A program made the translations under genes and the position numbers. The notes beneath the pieces are model-generated. The model saw only the letters and a program-made list of their open reading frames with translations. It ran no database searches and had not been told where the DNA came from. Of a DNA stretch of 64,000 nt, positions 45,764-61,134 are shown one piece after another (position 1 is the stretch's first letter; the number at the start of each line of letters is the position of its first letter). Origin of the DNA: the human T2T-CHM13v2.0 reference genome, Homo sapiens; NCBI RefSeq assembly GCF_009914755.1, contig NC_060947.1, one strand, 5' to 3'.

Positions 45764-46309
45764 AAGCAAAGTTGCACGTCATTGTGAAGAATGTCACTAT
45801 TCCTTCAAAACTCATTGAAAGTCTGCTTTTGAATCTGCTTTCCTGAGTCTCCATTGATCATCATCAGAAAATAAATTTCCAATTGTAAAATAAAACAGGA
45901 TGGGTTAGATATTTCTGCCTCCCAGAATCACTGTGATGCACCTGGATTCCTGAACACATTAGTGCGTGGTTTCAGAAATTTTAAAAAATGCTCCATGAAG
46001 CGAGACATGTGTCTCAGGTTGTATGCATTTGTTTTCTTGTAATCCAGACATGCATGGCTGGGACGTGTATCCCAATGAAAGCGAAACTCCCAGGGTAACT
46101 CTGAGCTTGTTCTTCCCTGCACAGCAATCACGCCACTCACGAATCCATTGCGTCTTTGTCTTCTGACCTTCAGTATCCTGTGCTTTTTTTTTTCTTAGCA
46201 CTATTATGTATTTCGCAGATGCAATTTTCTCTCAAATTGCACTTTGAATAAGGTCACTCAGTTCTTAATTCCAAAACTTTTGACACCTCACTCGATGTTG
46301 TCGCCGGGG

Positions 46310-46555
46310 ACCTACTTGCTATTCTGAGATGGCTGTGCTTCTGATGGCTGAGAATTAACCTGAAGTGCCGGTTTCTGAATGCTCGATGCTTCTTGGGAGA
46401 CTGGAGTCGATAGTGCCTTTGGTGGTGCTTCATGCCAAATGCTGATGCAGTCTGAGGCTTGGCGGAGGCAGGTGGTGAGGGAGGGAGGTTTGGAATATAA
46501 ACAAAGCCTTTTCTGAGACAAAACTAGGGACTGTGTTTAATCTCAGATTGGTTCA
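46310..46555 (-). promoter_or_regulatory. Candidate promoter and non-coding first exon
   Basis: Minus strand: CCAAT at 46547-46551, TTTATATT at 46494-46501, CT-rich boxes, donor-like CAA|GTAGGT at 46316/46315; local CpG enrichment from about 45960 to 46470. Confidence 0.3.
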
Positions 46556-47091
46556 CACACTTTTGTGATGTGCTTCTTCTTTAGAGAAATGTGCTTTATG
46601 TATGTAGCACAATTAAGGGATGCTATTATCCTTCCTTGAAATTTGGAATCAAGATAGCAAGCTCCATATTGATTTTGGACACTGTTTCCCATTCATATCT
46701 AGGGTCGGAGAAGGATGGAAAAATTTTTGGCCATACCTAAGGTGGAACTGGCAGAGGTGGGGTTTAATCCAGTGTGAAGAGAAAGGGGGAAGAGGTGAGC
46801 AAAGTTTTTTTTGGAGGGTTGGGGGAAGATGTGGTGAGGATCAGAGAGTCAGGGCACCAAGCTCCAATTCAAAGTTGTTTGCCCTGAATTTTTAGTTCCA
46901 TGCACATCTCAGGGTGTGCTATGGCACCATTACTGGGCAATGACTCTGTTTCCATTCTCGGTGAGCTGCTGTGTGTGTCCTCCCCTACCGAGTTTGGTCT
47001 GCAGCCAAACTTTTGTTGTTCCTTTAAATAACTTCCAGTTGTACTATAGAGTGAATTGGAGGAGTCCAGCAAGAGAAAAAACACGCAAATC

Positions 47092-47513
<422 letters not shown>

Positions 47514-47574
47514 AAAACAAGCAACTTTGTGAGTTAGTTGAGGCAGCAGATGGCTCTGGGTAGACTCTGACAAG

Positions 47575-48354
<780 letters not shown>

Positions 48355-49002
48355 GCCAAGGAAGGAACATGAAAAAATGACTTTTGAAGCTGCCTACTTC
48401 TCAGATATCAAAAGGCAGAGGGAAGTATTCGCTGTGACCAGGACCAAGAGATATGACATCTGTGCCATTTGGCACCACAGAGGTTCTCATGGATTGGAAA
48501 AGTGGTGGGGAGGATGCTCAGATGCTGAGAAATAGGGGTGTGCACTACACGACACTAGAGGAAGAGCCGCAATGACCAGCCAGTGTGGTGAAGGTAGCTC
48601 TTCCTGGTGGATGCAATGATAGCAAAATTGCAAGTGAAGGCAGAAGGTGCTCACTGAGAGTTGAAAGCTTGAGCAGATGCCCCTTGATATTAAAGATCCT
48701 GTGGGAAAAGGACTCCAGGGATTCAGCATATAAGAGCAAAGATATTTCCACTTTTAAACCCTTAAATACTGTAAAGAAAACACTATCTGTTCTCATAAAC
48801 AGTGGAAGCAGAGAGTGAGGATATTTTAGGATGCCAAGGTCTTTGTTAACCTCAAAAATCTCTGGATTGCCAGTTACATTTTAAAAATGTCCATTTCTAC
48901 CTATATCTTCTTTATTAAGTTACTGCCTCAAAATTCTGTTGTTTTTCTCGTGACTGTCTATCCTTTTTTTATACAGGCTATTCAGTAAGAATTCTAGGCC
49001 TT

Positions 49003-49606
49003 GCATTGTGGAGAACAGTTTGGAGATTTCTCGGAGAACTTAAAATAGAACTACCATTTGACCTAGCAATCACATTACTGGGTGTCTACCCAAAAGAAAA
49101 CAAATCGTTCTACCAGAAAGTCACATGCACTCGTATGTTCATTTCACAACAGCAAAGACATGTAATCAACCTAAGTACCCACCAACAGTGGACTGGATAA
49201 AGAAAATGTGGAACATATACACCATGGAGTAGCACGCAGCTGTGAAAAGGAACAAGATCATGTCCTTTGCAGCAACGTAGATGGAGTTGAAGGCCATTAT
49301 CGTAAGAAAATTAATGCAGGAAAAGAAAACCAAATGCCAAATGTTCTCACTTATAAGTAGGAGCTAAATACTGAGTACACATGGACATAAAGATGGGAAC
49401 AATAGGCACTGGGGACTACCAGAGGCTGAAGGGTGAGGAGGGGGGCCAGGGTTGAAAAACTAACTATTGAGTATTGTGCTCAATACCTGGGTGATGGGTT
49501 CCTTCACTCCCCAAACCTCAGCATCACACAATTTGCCCAGATAACAAACCTGCACGTGTACCCCCTGAGTCTAAAATGGAAGTTGAAATTATCGTTTTTA
49601 AAAAAG
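49003..49606 (+). mobile_element. L1PA16/L1PB-like 3' end
   Basis: gtggagaacagtttggagatttctc...ccccaaacctcagcatcacacaat. Confidence 0.9.
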
Positions 49607-49609
49607 AAC

Positions 49610-49825
49610 CCAGGCTTCAATCACAGAAGCCAGCAATTGAAACCCTGCTTTCATGCTTACTTACTGAGTGGTTTTGGAGTTATTAAAGTTTCACTGTTCT
49701 CTGAGCCTTAATTGATAATATTGATAGCATAAGGCTGGTAGTACCTACTTCCTCATGTTGTTATGAAAATTAAAATTGACAGTTTGTGAAATGCACTGGA
49801 TATATCCTTGTAATGCACTCATATG
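49610..49825 (+). mobile_element. MIR fragment
   Basis: ttctctgagcct...gtacctacttcctcatgttgttatgaaaattaaa. Confidence 0.5.
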
Positions 49826-50278
49826 TTCATTGCACTAACTCCGTGGTCCTAAGTGGGCTGTATACTTTCATGAAGCTCCTGATTCTGTGTAAGAAGTATG
49901 GGTGAAAATTGCTAGGTGTTCTTAAAAGCTTAGACAGGAAAAGAGAAGAAAGATTTCTTCTGACTTATAAAGTATAACACAAGACTGATTGGGTCAGATC
50001 AACCATATGCAAATTCACCTAAAAGAGGTTTGTTTTAAGGAAAATATAAATTTAGCTTACATTGTGTTATGTCACTAAAGCTAGAGGAAAATGACATACC
50101 ATTGGAGTGTTGTCAATTATGGAATTACAGATACAGGAGAGTCTTGGGACAAAACTCATAAATATCCATCCAAAATATTTATCAGGAGAGAAGAATCATT
50201 CTAAGAGTGCTAGACACTAAGAATAAAGATATATATGTATATTCCATAAATATCACAGCTTTAAGATGGTAATACCCA

Positions 50279-50619
<341 letters not shown>

Positions 50620-50664
50620 TCATAGCTTGCTCTGATTCTATGTTCAGAAAACAACCCTTATTAG

Positions 50665-50972
50665 TTTTTAAAGACAGGGTCTTGATCTGTTGCCCAGGCT
50701 GGAGTGTAGTGGCACAATCATAGCTCACTGTAGCCTTGACCTCCTGAGCTCCTGTGATCCTCCTGTCTCAGCTTCCAAGTAGCTATAGGTGCGTGCCACT
50801 ACATTTGGCTAAATTTTTAGTTTATTATTATTATTATTATTTAATTTTTCTGCAGAGATGGGGATCTCACTGTGTTTCCCAGGCTGGTCTCAAACTCCTA
50901 GGCTCAAGCAATCTTCCTACCTTAGTGTCTCAAAGTTCTGGGATTACAGGCATTGAGTCACCATGCCTGGCC
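50665..50972 (-). mobile_element. AluJ
   Basis: gacagggtcttg...aatcatagctcactgtagccttgacctcctgagctc. Confidence 0.9.
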
Positions 50973-51090
50973 GGAATGCAACTTTTAAATTGTATTTTGG
51001 TTTCCCACATAAATTTGCTTAGATGCTTTTTCTGGTCTAATTGTTAAATTTCCCACTTGGAAAAAAAAAAAGAGAGAGAGAGAGAGAGAC

Positions 51091-51383
51091 AGGCTCATGC
51101 CTGTGATCCCAGCACTTTGGGAGGCTGAGGCAAATGGATCACTTGAGGTCAGGAGTTCGAGACCAGTCTGGCCAACATGGTGAAATCCCATCTCTACTAA
51201 AAATACAAAACTTAGCCAGGCGTGGTGGCGTGTACCTCTAGTCCCAGCTACTTGGGAGGCTGAGGCACAAGAATCACTTGAACCGGGAGGCAGAGGTTGC
51301 AGTGAGCCCAGATCATGCCACTGCACTCCAGTCTGGGTGACAGAGGGAGAATTTGTCTCAAAATAAAAATAAAAAATAAAAAA
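51091..51383 (+). mobile_element. AluSx-like, first bases lost
   Basis: ggctcatgcctgtgatcccagcactttgg...gtctcaaaataaaaat. Confidence 0.9.
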
Positions 51384-51584
51384 GGAAGCAACACACAAAT
51401 AAGCATACTTGTGTTGTACAGCAATCCCACTGGTTAATACTGTTTCACTGCTGAACAGTACATTCAGTTTTAATTTCTGAGGTTTCAGACTGAAGACCAG
51501 ACCTTGCACCAGGATTCTATTCATCCATGTGAGACATTTGGGGCTGTTTGGTCATCTTTTGATAACCTCCTTCTTAATGTCTCT

Positions 51585-52492
<908 letters not shown>

Positions 52493-52990
52493 GACTCCTG
52501 ATGTATTATTTTTCTCAATGGATTCCTGGTCAAATGTCAATTTTTAACCACAAAAAGGTTGTTAAGAGGACAAAATTATATTTAGTGGGGTTATTGTCCT
52601 CAATTTCCGTGTGAGTTTCTGCTGAGGATCCTGAATCACCCAGCAAGGGAGAATAGACCACATATCGGTAGGAAATGGCAAACCAACTGGTCACATTCCA
52701 TTCTCCACATCTGACAAAACTTGGAAGAAGTTCACTCAAGGGAATGTGAATTGCAGTTAAAAAAACAATTAAAGTAGTGACACTTTTCTGCTGCTTTTAA
52801 TATGCACTCATTGTTAATGAAATGCTAGTCCCTTTCTTTGTGTAAACTATCAAATCTCATGTCCTCATGTCTGATGTGTTAGCATATTGTTTGTGTGATT
52901 ACATGTGGTGTCACAACATCATGAATGAATCCTATTTTTAATGTACTGCATAAAGAACAAGCAGGGATTATAAAGTGAGATTGTCACTTT

Positions 52991-53289
<299 letters not shown>

Positions 53290-53949
53290 AGATTGTCACT
53301 TTAATTGCACCAACAAATTAATACAGATCACAGAGAGGTTGACATTCATCTATTAATGTATTGCCATGCTTAAAAGACCAGCTGTATTTATTTTGCCTCA
53401 AATGCATCTTCTCTGGCCAGTGTATAGGTTTTGTTTTCTAAATAGGGCATCTTCTATTAAGAATAATGCAACGGTCATTTAAATCTTCACCAGTAGTGAC
53501 CTTGCTCTCACTCCATGAATTAAGTTATCAGATTTATCCTGTAGTTCAGGCACAAATGAATTATGACTGAGGGCAAATCTTATATTATTAGATGGGGGCA
53601 GTGGGACTTGCAGATGCAATTGATGGAATTATAGGAGCATCACATATGCAGACCAGTTTATTATTAAAGTCGAGATCACTTTGGTTTTCAAGTCTCTCCC
53701 ACTGTTAGTTTTCCCCAGAGTTTATTCTTAAGGATTTTCTTGATATCAGTGGGTGCAGAACGAATTAAGAACATTACCAAAATTATGTAAATGTTTGTGT
53801 CTACTGCCTGTTAGCTATGATGTGGTTGAGATGGAAGCATCAATTTTAACCTGTCTCAAGACCGAGCCATGTCTTTAATTAAAGTAGAACCATTGGAATC
53901 CTACGCATGCACAATTACTCAGCATACACTCCAAAACCCTTATCTTATT

Positions 53950-54542
53950 TTAAAAATGTTTTTATCTGTATACATGTAAGAGGTACAAGTGCAGTTTTGT
54001 TACACAGGTACATTGCATAGTTGTGAAGTCTAGGCTTTTAATGTAACCATCACTTGAATGGTGAACATTGCATCCAATAGGTAATTTTTCATCCCTCACT
54101 CCTCCTTCCCAACCCAATCCTTCTCAGTCTCTAATGCCCATGATTCTACACTCTATGTCTTCCTGTACACATTATTTAGGTCGCACTTATAAGTGAGAAT
54201 TTATGGTATTTGACTTTCTGTTTCTGTGTTATTTCACTTATGAGAATGGCTTTCAGTTCAAGCCATGTTGCATCAAAAGACACAATTTATTTATTTATTT
54301 TTGTCCCAGAATTTATTCTTGAGGATTTTCTTGATATCAGTGGGTGGAGCATGAATTAAGAACACTACCAAAATTATGTGTAATTTTCTTTATCCAATCA
54401 TTTTCTTTATCCAATCGCATTTTCTTTCTCCAGTCATCTGTTGGACACTTAGGTTGATTCCATATCTTTGCTATTGTGAATAGTGTTACAATAAACATAT
54501 GAGTGCAGATGTCTTTTTGACAGGGTGGTTTCTTGTCCCTTT
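53950..54542 (-). mobile_element. L1MA1-3-like 3' end containing a 75-bp non-L1 insert
   Basis: ggtacaagtgcagttttgttacac...ggacacttaggttgattccatatctttgc. Confidence 0.85.
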
Positions 54543-56169
54543 AATGCACTCTATTTGTGTAGGACCAAGAATCAAGATGTTCCTGTAAGTCAAGAGCATT
54601 TTTTCGTGTTCCCCCTCAGTCACCAAGTAAGCTGTGTTGCTCAGGGAAAAAGTTCTTCCAATTATTTGCACTGGGGTTTGAGCTAAAAATGAGCTAAAAA
54701 TGGGTTTTCATTACCAAGGATAAACTACATTGTTTTACTTACTTTCTACCATTTGTTTGCAGGAGTTCCATTTGTGCCCAAACTTTACTTCCCCAGAAGT
54801 TTAAAGGCGGTGTCTCAGGATGACTCATGCATAAATCTTACGTGAATAGCCCTGCTATTCTACATGCAAGGTTGCTCGTGGGTGCTATTGATTTTGGAAT
54901 CTGCATCCAAGCTGGGTCTCTTGGCCCCCGCCACAATGCAGGGGCATCTCAGCACATGCAGCCTCTGATGAGACCAAATTCTCTCAAGCTCTCAGAGGAC
55001 TCAATTTGTTAAAGCAATGCTATAGTCTATGCAGAATTGATAAGAAACAGTCACCCTCCCTTCTAAGCTCTGCTTGTTGATATGAGCAGCTTAGAGGCAA
55101 ATCTGAGTCTAATGTCTTGCCCAAGTGCACATCAGTCGTTTCATTGCAGATAAATAATAATTGGTGACCCAAAAATATGACGCTTGATGGATCATGAGAT
55201 AGAAACTTGAAGAAAGAAAGAAAGAAAAAGAACAGATATTCTGCTCCATTTATCAAATGAACCTAATACTGTTTATTAAGAGTAAGTTTAAAATCAGACA
55301 CTAATAATATGTGAGAAAAATGTTACTTTTGTTTGGGGGTAATGCCAGTGATGGCTTATGAAATCATAGAATTTAACATTAAACTTTCCATTTTCCATTG
55401 GTCCTAATGGAAGGACCTATGTTCCTATTCTGAATTGAAGGTCTCTTTTGCCATGCACATGACATATGGGTAATATTTAATTAGACTGAATAAATTAGAG
55501 GAATGATATCTGCTTTCAAGTCCCAGAGCATTCTGGCTTTTCTTCTATGGACTGACTTCATGGCTCTCCTAATTATCTCCTTGGCCTTGGTTAGTTAACT
55601 GGGTTAAGAGGTCAGAAGATCTTAAAACAAAAACAGTATTCCTAACTTGATTTTTCTCACCCTCATTAATTTTTAGAAGGATGCTTTAAAGTAGGAATAT
55701 TACTTTCTTCCTATGTTTGAAATATGGATCAAGAGACTTGCATTTGGACCACACTTCTTGGAAATGGACGGGGCCCCCCAAAGCAGTCCCTTGAATATCT
55801 GCACATTTAATAAATGAGCGTATTCATTGGACATTTTCTTTACTGGGCATGGCAGATCGGTCTTGACCATACTCTACTTTTCTTTAGAGTGAAGCCATTT
55901 TTCTTGAGTTGCAGAGCAGTTGCTGCAGTATTAAATCAGAGTTGTTGTGGCAGAACCAGGCACATACGGGCGATAAAATGCCCAGATTGGAGCTGATTGG
56001 TATATCAAATTATGGGAGGATTATCCAGGCTGACAACGTGACGGGTTTATCTTGCCTCAAAAATGGAAATGTTACTTCCTTCCACTGCAGGATGGCTTAT
56101 TAATAAGAACATCAGTGGATGAGTGGGCTTGCTGGGGAGGAGGAAGGATGAAGGAGTTTACCTTGTTCA

Positions 56170-56610
<441 letters not shown>

Positions 56611-56675
56611 TTATTAAAAATCAAACTCACCAATTCTCTAGAAAACGCAATAGAGAAAGAAAGGACTGAACTAGG

Positions 56676-57031
56676 TGTATTAGTCTGTTTTCATGTTGCT
56701 GATAAAGACATACCCAAGACTGGGCAATTTACAAAAGAAAGTGGTGTAATGGATGTACAGTTCCATGTGGCTGGGGAAGTCTCACAATTATGACAGAAGG
56801 CAAGGAGGAACATGTCATGTCTTACATGGATGGCAGCAGGCAAAGAGAAAGAGCTTGTGCAGGGAAACTCCTGTTCTTAAAACCATCAGATCTCGTGAGA
56901 CTTATTCACTATCACAAGAGCAGCACGGGAAAGACCCGCCCTCATGATTCAATTACCTCCCACCAGGTCCCTCCCACAACACGTGGGAATTCAAGATGAG
57001 ATTTGGGTGGGGACACAGCCAAACCATATCA
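56676..57031 (-). mobile_element. THE1 (B/C-like) solo LTR
   Basis: tgtattagtctgttttcatg...cagccaaaccatatca; perfect 5-bp TSD ctagg. Confidence 0.95.
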
Positions 57032-57719
57032 CTAGGTGATTGTTTTTCTTCTCTTGTTTCACTGGTCTTAGTCTCCTTGGCCTCAGCTAGACCATAAGAA
57101 AGAGCAAACGTGTGCTTTGTTGTTATTTATTACTATCTGATCCAATCATGATATTTTAGAGCCAGTTTTCTTCTCCTGAAAACCTGGGGCAGTTTGCATC
57201 ATAAACCACAGCAAGAGAGATCAACAGTGATTAAGTGGCAAGCAGTGCTACTGAGAACAAGTTTTTCACAACACGCTAAAGTCATACAGTGCAGAGCTTC
57301 CCTAAGCACCCAAGAAACACATTCAACACCCTTAGAGCCAAGAGACAAGAAGCTTGGAGTCCTGTTGGTTTCATGAATACTCTAGGAGTATGAAGGACCC
57401 AGCAGGGGCCTGAGATGGGAAAATAATTATGTAAACTCAGATGGCCAGGGATGTTGTTTGAACAAATCATAGGATGGGATGTTGTTTGAACAAATCATAG
57501 CTCCACAAATCCCCTTTAAAACTGCAGTCTGGCATGAAAAGCCCTATTAGAATTTCAAAACAAGGTAGCCTCCAATCTTCACAAAGCTGCACTTTGGGGA
57601 TCAGAGCAGGGATTCCCAGGAGAACACCACAGAACCATAATCACTCTACTCTGCTAGAGTAAACTTTTTTTTTTGGACATTCAGGTTGCTTTCAAGTGCA
57701 TTTCACAAACTCCTGGGTC

Positions 57720-58045
57720 ATGGTGGTGGGCAGATTTTCAGGTGGCCCTCAGGACCTTCACCTCCTGGAGTTCATGCCCTTCAACAACCCACTCATCTTG
57801 AATGTGGGCAGGAGGTGTGACCAATGAAAAATGGCTATGGTGATGAGTTGTCTGTCACTCCCAGGACTACATCTTCCTAGGTGACTCTCTATGGTCTTGT
57901 TCTCCTTGCTGACTTTGTAGATATGAGCTTCCATTTGTCCTGAATACAGTAGGAAATGAATTCTGCCAATAACCCAAGATAGCTGGGAAGAGAACCCTTT
58001 TCCAGTTATGAAGACACAGCTATGGCTGACCTCTGATTGCAGTAT
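57720..58045 (+). mobile_element. MLT1F-like LTR fragment
   Basis: ttcacctcctggagttcatgccct...cttgaatgtgggcagg...gaattctgccaataaccc. Confidence 0.6.
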
Positions 58046-58061
58046 TACTTAGCATTACTAA

Positions 58062-59570
58062 GGCCTTTCAAGACTGAATAATATTCCATTGTGCATGTAT
58101 ATCCCATTTTATTTATCCATTCATCAATTGATGGACAATTAGGTTGATTCCATATCTTGGTTATTGTGAATAGTGCTGCAATGCACGTGGAAGTGCAGAC
58201 ATCTCTACAACATACTGATTTCCATTCTTTTGGGTACATACCCAGAAGTGCAATTGCTGGATCATCTGGAGTTCTATTTTTAATTTTTTTTTTCTTTTTG
58301 TGGAAACTCCATGCTGTTTTGTATAATGGCTGCACTAATTTACCTTCCTGGCAACAGTGTGATAGGGTTCCCTTTCTCCACATTCTCAACAACACTTGTC
58401 GTATTTTGTCTTTTCTTTTTCTTTTTAAAGTATGAATGTTTACAGTGGCTTTATTTGTAAAGACAAAATATGGAAAAACGTCAGATGTCCTTCATCAGGT
58501 TAATGAATGAACTAAAGCAGGGGTCCCCAAGGCCATGAAGGGTCCAGGCCATGGAGCAGTAACAATCCATGGCCCATTAGGAACTGGGCCATATAACAAG
58601 AGGTGAGTGGTGAGCAAGTGAAGCTTCATCTCTATTTACAGCCACTCCCCATTGCTCACATTACCACCTGAACTTTGCCTCCTGTCAGATCAGCAGCAGC
58701 ATTAGATTCTCATAGGAGTGTGAACCCTATTATGAAATGTGTTTGCGAAGGATCTAGGTTGTGCATTCATTATGAGAATCTAATGCCTGATGATCTGTCA
58801 TGTCTCCCATCACCCCCAGGTGGGACTGTTCAGTTGCAGGAAAAGAAACTCAGGGCTTCCACTGATTCTACATTATAGTGAGTTGTATAATTATTTCATT
58901 ATATATTATGATGTAACAATGATAGAAATAAAGTGCACAATAAATGTAATGCACTTAAATCATCCCAAAACTATACTGGCCCCAGCCCTCAACCTCCACT
59001 CAGGCCATGGAAAAATTGTCTTCCACGAAACCAGTCCCTGGTGCCAAAAAGGTTGGGGACCACTGAACTAAAGGTAGTAAATCCATCCATAAAATGTATT
59101 GCTACTCATTAAAAAAAAGTAATGAACTGCTGAAACATGCTACAATGTGGAAGAATCTCAAAATAATTTTGCTAACATAGAAACTAGAGAAAAAACTACA
59201 TAGGTTTTATTACAATTATACAAAATTTCAGAAAATCTAAACTAATTTTTCAGTTTGGCTGGAAGTTTTTTCTCACGAGTCAGCCTAGGGTTAGATTTGG
59301 CTTTCTTGTCAATCACCATCTGACAAGAATAGAAATAGATTCACAGTTCTTGGCATTGCCAATGTGTTCGTGACCTTTAAGACTTATCTAACCACAAAAG
59401 TAACTGGCAAGCTGTAATCTATACCCTTTTGATAATAGCCATCTTAACAGGTGTGGGCTGATGTCTCCTTAAAGTTTAAATTTGCATTTCCCTGATGATT
59501 AATGATGTTGAGCCTTTTTTTTTTATATGCTTGTTGGCCCTTTGCATGTCTCTTGAGACAAGTGTCTTTT
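58062..59570 (-). mobile_element. L1MA fragment in two collinear parts (58062-58415 and about 59427-59570)
   Basis: Left part ends cacttgtcgtattttgtctttt; right part resumes ttttgataatagccatcttaacagg. Confidence 0.7.
58518..59065 (+). mobile_element. MER1A hAT-Charlie DNA transposon
   Basis: TIRs caggggtcccca / ttggggaccactg; perfect 8-bp TSD aactaaag (58510-58517 / 59066-59073). Confidence 0.93.
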
Positions 59571-60031
59571 AAAAGTGATTATACCCTTCTGTTTAACAGG
59601 TAATTTTATCACACAGAGATGCTGCTACTTTCAATATTGTTCTTTTCATGGATTAAATACTGCATAACAATTTCTCTATTTAAATATTCACTCCATATGT
59701 GTTTAGTTTATAGTATAAATTTTCCAAATTGTACAATCTGGTAGTCCTATGTACATGATGGTCTTTTCTCATCCACATCTTCTAAAGAATCCCCTCCAAG
59801 AAGGCTTCCACAAATACTGGGGCCATGTCATTCTGCAGAAAATTTCTTGCCAACTCCAGCCTTGGCTAAACCCAGCATTATTTTTTCCATTCATCACTGC
59901 GGAGAAAATAGGGAAAAAATGTAAATTACAACACTGGGTCGAATGTTTTGCTTTTTATTTCATTAATTTCACTGGGACACTCAAGGATGCTTGGCAACCT
60001 GTTAATTTGTCTCTAACTGAAACACTTTGTC

Positions 60032-60378
<347 letters not shown>

Positions 60379-60429
60379 TCATAAGTATTGTTTATTCTTA
60401 TCAAGCCCTCAAGCCTATTTTAACTCTTT

Positions 60430-60780
60430 CCTTTAAAAAAGCAGCTTCATTATGGTATAATTCGCATACCACAAATTATACCCTCTTAAAATTTGGTGAG
60501 TTTTGACAAATGTTTACTCATGGTTAATCAGAAAAACCACCAAAATATATGATGTTTCCATCAACTTAAAGATTCTTTTCAGTATTTTTGCAATTGGCAT
60601 ATCTTCCACTCCCCTCATTCTCTGGAAGCTACTAATCTGCTTTGGCTATCTAGTTCTGTATACAGTTTGCTTTTTCTAGATTTAAATAGGAACAAAATTA
60701 CACGGCTTTCATTTTGTTTTTTCTTAGATTTTTTTAAAACTTAGAGTTATGTTTTGAGATGCATCTTGCGGTTTCCATGC
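60430..60780 (-). mobile_element. L1ME-like 3' fragment
   Basis: ggtataattcgcatacc...tgagttttgacaaatg...gttttgagatgcatc. Confidence 0.55.
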
Positions 60781-61134
60781 AGACGGCACAATCAACAACT
60801 CCCTCCAATGTCAAGTTTGGTTAGGATGTATAGACTGATGACACCACATGCCCCAAGAGAATATGACATTTGTTATTCACATAATGAGACTTTATGGGGA
60901 ACTGTGGAGTCAGGGGATGACACAAATTTGTCCAGAATGATTTGAGCAAGGCAGCAAATGGTGACTTTGGTTTTTATTATTATTAGGTGGCACCAGCTGG
61001 GGTTTGCATGGTTTGAACTACTCACTGTCACTAGGAGAGGTTGCATGCAGATATTGTCATCAGTTTGCCCAGATGTGGAGGCCAAAGGAGAAGATGTAGG
61101 TCGGGCTCAAAAACTCTCATGTATCAAATGTGAA

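Noticed and set aside
45569-45769. 66-aa ORF in the duplicated 265-bp unit
   Set aside because: It lacks an initiating ATG, has no recognisable domain, has no equivalent in the ORF track for copy 1, and the substitutions do not look codon-biased.
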